From a virus (taxonomy: Duplodnaviria; Heunggongvirae; Uroviricota; Caudoviricetes): a stretch of DNA of 55,177 nucleotides. The notes beneath the pieces were generated by a model. It was given only the letters and a program-made list of their open reading frames with translations. It was not told the DNA's origin and searched no databases. The stretch's first letter is position 1; every line of letters starts with the position of its first letter. The DNA lies in IMG/VR virus record IMGVR_UViG_2541047719_000008. One strand, given 5' to 3'. Shown piece after piece: positions 52,369-55,177 of this stretch. A program made the position numbers and the translations under genes.

Positions 52369-53409
52369 ATGGCTACATCGACAGTAATTCCTGATGACAT
52401 CAAAACGCTAAAATCCGACGTTAGCAAATTAAAAAACGATCAAGGAAGCTACGCAACAAAATTATATGTAGACAGCAAAGATGAAATCGTTGGTGACTGG
52501 TCTGCTTCATGGTATCAGCAGGTATTGCCAACTAGCGGAGCTATATTTGGGAGAAAACTCCGCTCAACTCACAGGACGGCAGGTGTTGAGGATGCGTATT
52601 GCGAACTATACCTCAAAAAATGGATAGACAGTCCAGGTAACGCAATGGCGCGCCTTAACCTGAACGATAACGGGACAAACATTTGCTGGGACTTTACCAA
52701 CCTTTATGGCGGTACGATGATTTTTCCCGGTGACAGCGGATACCTCAAAATGGGTAACTGCCTTATGTCATACAGCAAGCGTGGAAGTAACGCGCTTATT
52801 AAATTTGATTACACCGACACATTACAGATCAAATATGCCAATCATGGGTCAACCATGACATTAAACACACAGGGAACCGCTTATGCTGGTGTTACTGCTC
52901 AATTGTGGGGCAACTCCAGCCGTCCTGTTGTTTATGAAGTCGGTGTTGATGGTGGCGCTTATATGTTCTATGCGCAAAAAAATACCGATAACACCTATAT
53001 GTTAAGCGTTAATGGTGCATGTCATGCCACCGCATTTAACCAGCATTCCGACCGGGATCTGAAAGACAACATTCAGGTGATCGATAATGCAACCGACCGC
53101 ATCCGTAAAATGAACGGCTATACATACACGCTTAAAGAAAACGGTATGCCCTATGCTGGTGTCATTGCACAGGAAGCTCTGGAAGCAATCCCAGAAGTTG
53201 TAGGTTCCGCAATGAAATATCAGGACGGTGCAAGCGGATCGGAAGGTGAAGAAGGTGAACGTTATTACACAGTAGATTATTCTGGTGTTACTGGCTTGCT
53301 TGTTCAGGTAGCCAGAGAGTCAGACGACAGAATAACAGCACTGGAAGAAGAAAACGCAGAATTAAGACAAAGATTATTTGCAATTGAGGCGGCGCTTGCG
53401 TCTAAATAA
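52369..53409 (+). CDS. Second tail fibre/spike protein with C-terminal S74-type intramolecular chaperone domain
   Basis: C-terminal SDRDLKDNIQVIDNATDRIRKMNGYTYTL ... YAGVIAQE followed by a coiled-coil tail, characteristic of self-cleaving chaperone domains of phage fibres. Confidence 0.6.
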   Translation: MATSTVIPDDIKTLKSDVSKLKNDQGSYATKLYVDSKDEIVGDWSASWYQQVLPTSGAIFGRKLRSTHRTAGVEDAYCELYLKKWIDSPGNAMARLNLNDNGTNICWDFTNLYGGTMIFPGDSGYLKMGNCLMSYSKRGSNALIKFDYTDTLQIKYANHGSTMTLNTQGTAYAGVTAQLWGNSSRPVVYEVGVDGGAYMFYAQKNTDNTYMLSVNGACHATAFNQHSDRDLKDNIQVIDNATDRIRKMNGYTYTLKENGMPYAGVIAQEALEAIPEVVGSAMKYQDGASGSEGEEGERYYTVDYSGVTGLLVQVARESDDRITALEEENAELRQRLFAIEAALASK

Positions 53410-53415
53410 TATCAA

Positions 53416-53438
53416 GGGGCCGAGCGCCCCGTTTTATT
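53416..53438 (+). terminator. Hairpin terminator after the second fibre gene
   Basis: GGGGC-CGAGC-GCCCC followed by GTTTTATT. Confidence 0.45.
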
Positions 53439-53745
53439 GGGTAGGATGAAAATGGATATAACACCTTTCCTTCATGCGCTTTGTGCTGTGGCTGCGCAGC
53501 TACTGGTTGGTCTTTTTACCGGGAACTGGGCTTACGGGGCGATAGCCGGTTGTACGTTCTTCATTGCGCGTGAACACACCCAGGCGGAATATCGCTGGAT
53601 TGAAATGTTTGGGCATGGCAAGAGGATTAACATGCCGTGGTGGGGCGGTTTTGATCCGCGCGTGTGGGATGTGGCAAGCCTGATGGATTTTGCTGTGCCG
53701 GTGGTGGCGTGTCTGCTGGTCTGGCTGTTGGTTAATCGTGGGTGA
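53437..53745 (+). CDS. Hypothetical small membrane protein
   Basis: 102 aa with two hydrophobic helices; function unknown. Confidence 0.4.
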   Translation: MGRMKMDITPFLHALCAVAAQLLVGLFTGNWAYGAIAGCTFFIAREHTQAEYRWIEMFGHGKRINMPWWGGFDPRVWDVASLMDFAVPVVACLLVWLLVNRG

Positions 53746-53972
53746 AAAAAGGTGAGCTGTATATGCAACGGAGGAAGAAACCCCGTTGCTGGAAGCCTGG
53801 AAAAAGTATCGGGTGTTGCTGAACCGTGTTGATACGTCAACTGCACAGGATATTGAATGGCCAGCACTGCCGTAGGGTAAAACATATAAATTCTATAATT
53901 AGATGTATCTTTCCATTTACGGCAAGGAAGGGGGCTTGGAAGACGTAAAGCATCTCACACCGAGATTATTTT

Positions 53973-54563
53973 TTATATGTCAGGTGTCTGAAGTTTTGCT
54001 TTGGCTCTTAAAATGGTTTGCCGCGAGGTTTTGAATTCCCGGGCAATGGCACTTATACTTACACCTGACTTAATTCGTTCGAATACCACCTGTTTCTGTT
54101 CTTCATTTAACACAGGTGGTCGACCAAAACGTTTCCCTGCGCCCCGGGCTCTTACTATCCCGGAATGAGTGCGTTCAAGTAAAAGGTCTCGTTCAAATTC
54201 AGCGACTGCTGAAATTACTTGCATCATCATTTTTCCTGTTGGACTGGTCAGGTCAATGCCCCCCAATGCTAAGCAATGCACTCTGATACCTGTTTCGGTC
54301 AGTTGTTCCACTGTTTTCCTGATATCCATTGCATTACAACCAAGGCGATCCAGTTTTGTCACAATCAATTGATCACCACATTTCAGGCGAGCAAGCAACC
54401 GGTTAAAACCAGGACGCTCACTGGTTGCTGCTGAGCCGCTAATGTGTTCTTCGATTATTTGCTGAGGTTTGATTTTAAAGCCTGCACTTTCGATTTCCCG
54501 GCGTTGATTTTCGGTGGTCTGATCCAGAGTTGATATCCGACAGTAAGCAAAAATTCGAGACAT
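53973..54563 (-). CDS. pin: Serine recombinase, DNA invertase (Pin/Hin/Gin family)
   Basis: 196 aa starting [20 protein letters not shown] with catalytic Ser near the N-terminus and a C-terminal HTH; matches the Pin-type invertases of E. coli cryptic prophages. Confidence 0.85.
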
Positions 54564-54943
54564 AGTGAGACTCTATACGAAATTGGTGTACATATCATAA
54601 TGCATATCCAAAAATTATTTCGCTTATTATTGCACATATTTGTATGTATACGTTCGAAAATAAACAAATTCGGATGCAGTCCCGTAATTTTGGTGTAACC
54701 TAAAATCGATTTTTTGAAAAATGGCTTTAACTCGGTTTGTTTTTCGAACTCCGGGCGGACTCGAGAAAGACGAATAATAGTGTTGTATGTTGTTTTAGCC
54801 AGATTTCAATTTGTTTGGTCTTGGAAAAGTGGAGCAAAAAGTTGTTAAAGTGGAAAAATGGTAAAAAAAGTAGGTTGTTGCGGAATAACGTAGTTGTTGA
54901 TATTTTTTAATGCATTGAAAAATTATTTTTCAGGGGGTGTTTA

Positions 54944-55177
54944 TTACACTTTACCATTTAAATTTTGGTTGTCTTTAAGAACTGATATCGCTGTTTGTAA
55001 TAATTCTTTGTTATCCAGCCATGACTTTTTCTTTATGTTTCCTTCAATGTAATCAAGCAATGTTCTGGTATTGATAGGTCTTCCCTGTTTTGCCACTTCC
55101 ACGACAGCATCTCCCAGGATAATTCTGACTTCAGGAAGCTGCGCGGGGAACCACTTTAGGGTGTCATTTGATTTCAT
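54944..55177 (-). CDS. Hypothetical protein (start codon at the last three bases of the window)
   Basis: 77-aa ORF; AT-rich; no motif recognised. Confidence 0.3.
   Translation of the reverse strand: MKSNDTLKWFPAQLPEVRIILGDAVVEVAKQGRPINTRTLLDYIEGNIKKKSWLDNKELLQTAISVLKDNQNLNGKV

Overview
The window is almost entirely a lambdoid enterobacterial (E. coli-type) prophage, read here by eye from the six-frame translations with no database search. It carries a CPS-53/Rac-like early-left region, a cI-like repressor and Cro-like switch, a replication/nin region (Dam methylase, RusA, Q antiterminator), cold-shock-gene morons (cspF, cspB, cspI, gnsB), a phage-21-type lysis cassette, a lambda-type cos site, and a lambda-like morphogenesis module running Nu1-A-W-B-C-D-E-FI-FII-Z-U-V-G/T-H-M-L-K-I-J-lom-stf, ending with a second tail fibre and a Pin-type DNA invertase. 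The key observation is that the major capsid gene E is split into two fragments (25730-25975 and 36700-37491) by a ~10.7 kb satellite-like integrative element flanked by an 11-bp imperfect direct repeat (AGCCGAAGCAC / AGCCGAAACAC). That element encodes a P4-type integrase, AlpA, a primase/helicase followed by an iteron origin, an SSB, its own homologs of capsid protein E and decoration protein D, its own cos site with an altered cosN, and its own Nu1-like small terminase. Two AT-rich minus-strand cargo genes sit at its ends, one with an Abi_C-like motif. I read this as a capsid-encoding phage satellite nested reversibly inside its helper's capsid gene, which I do not recognise as a described arrangement; it needs database and experimental confirmation.
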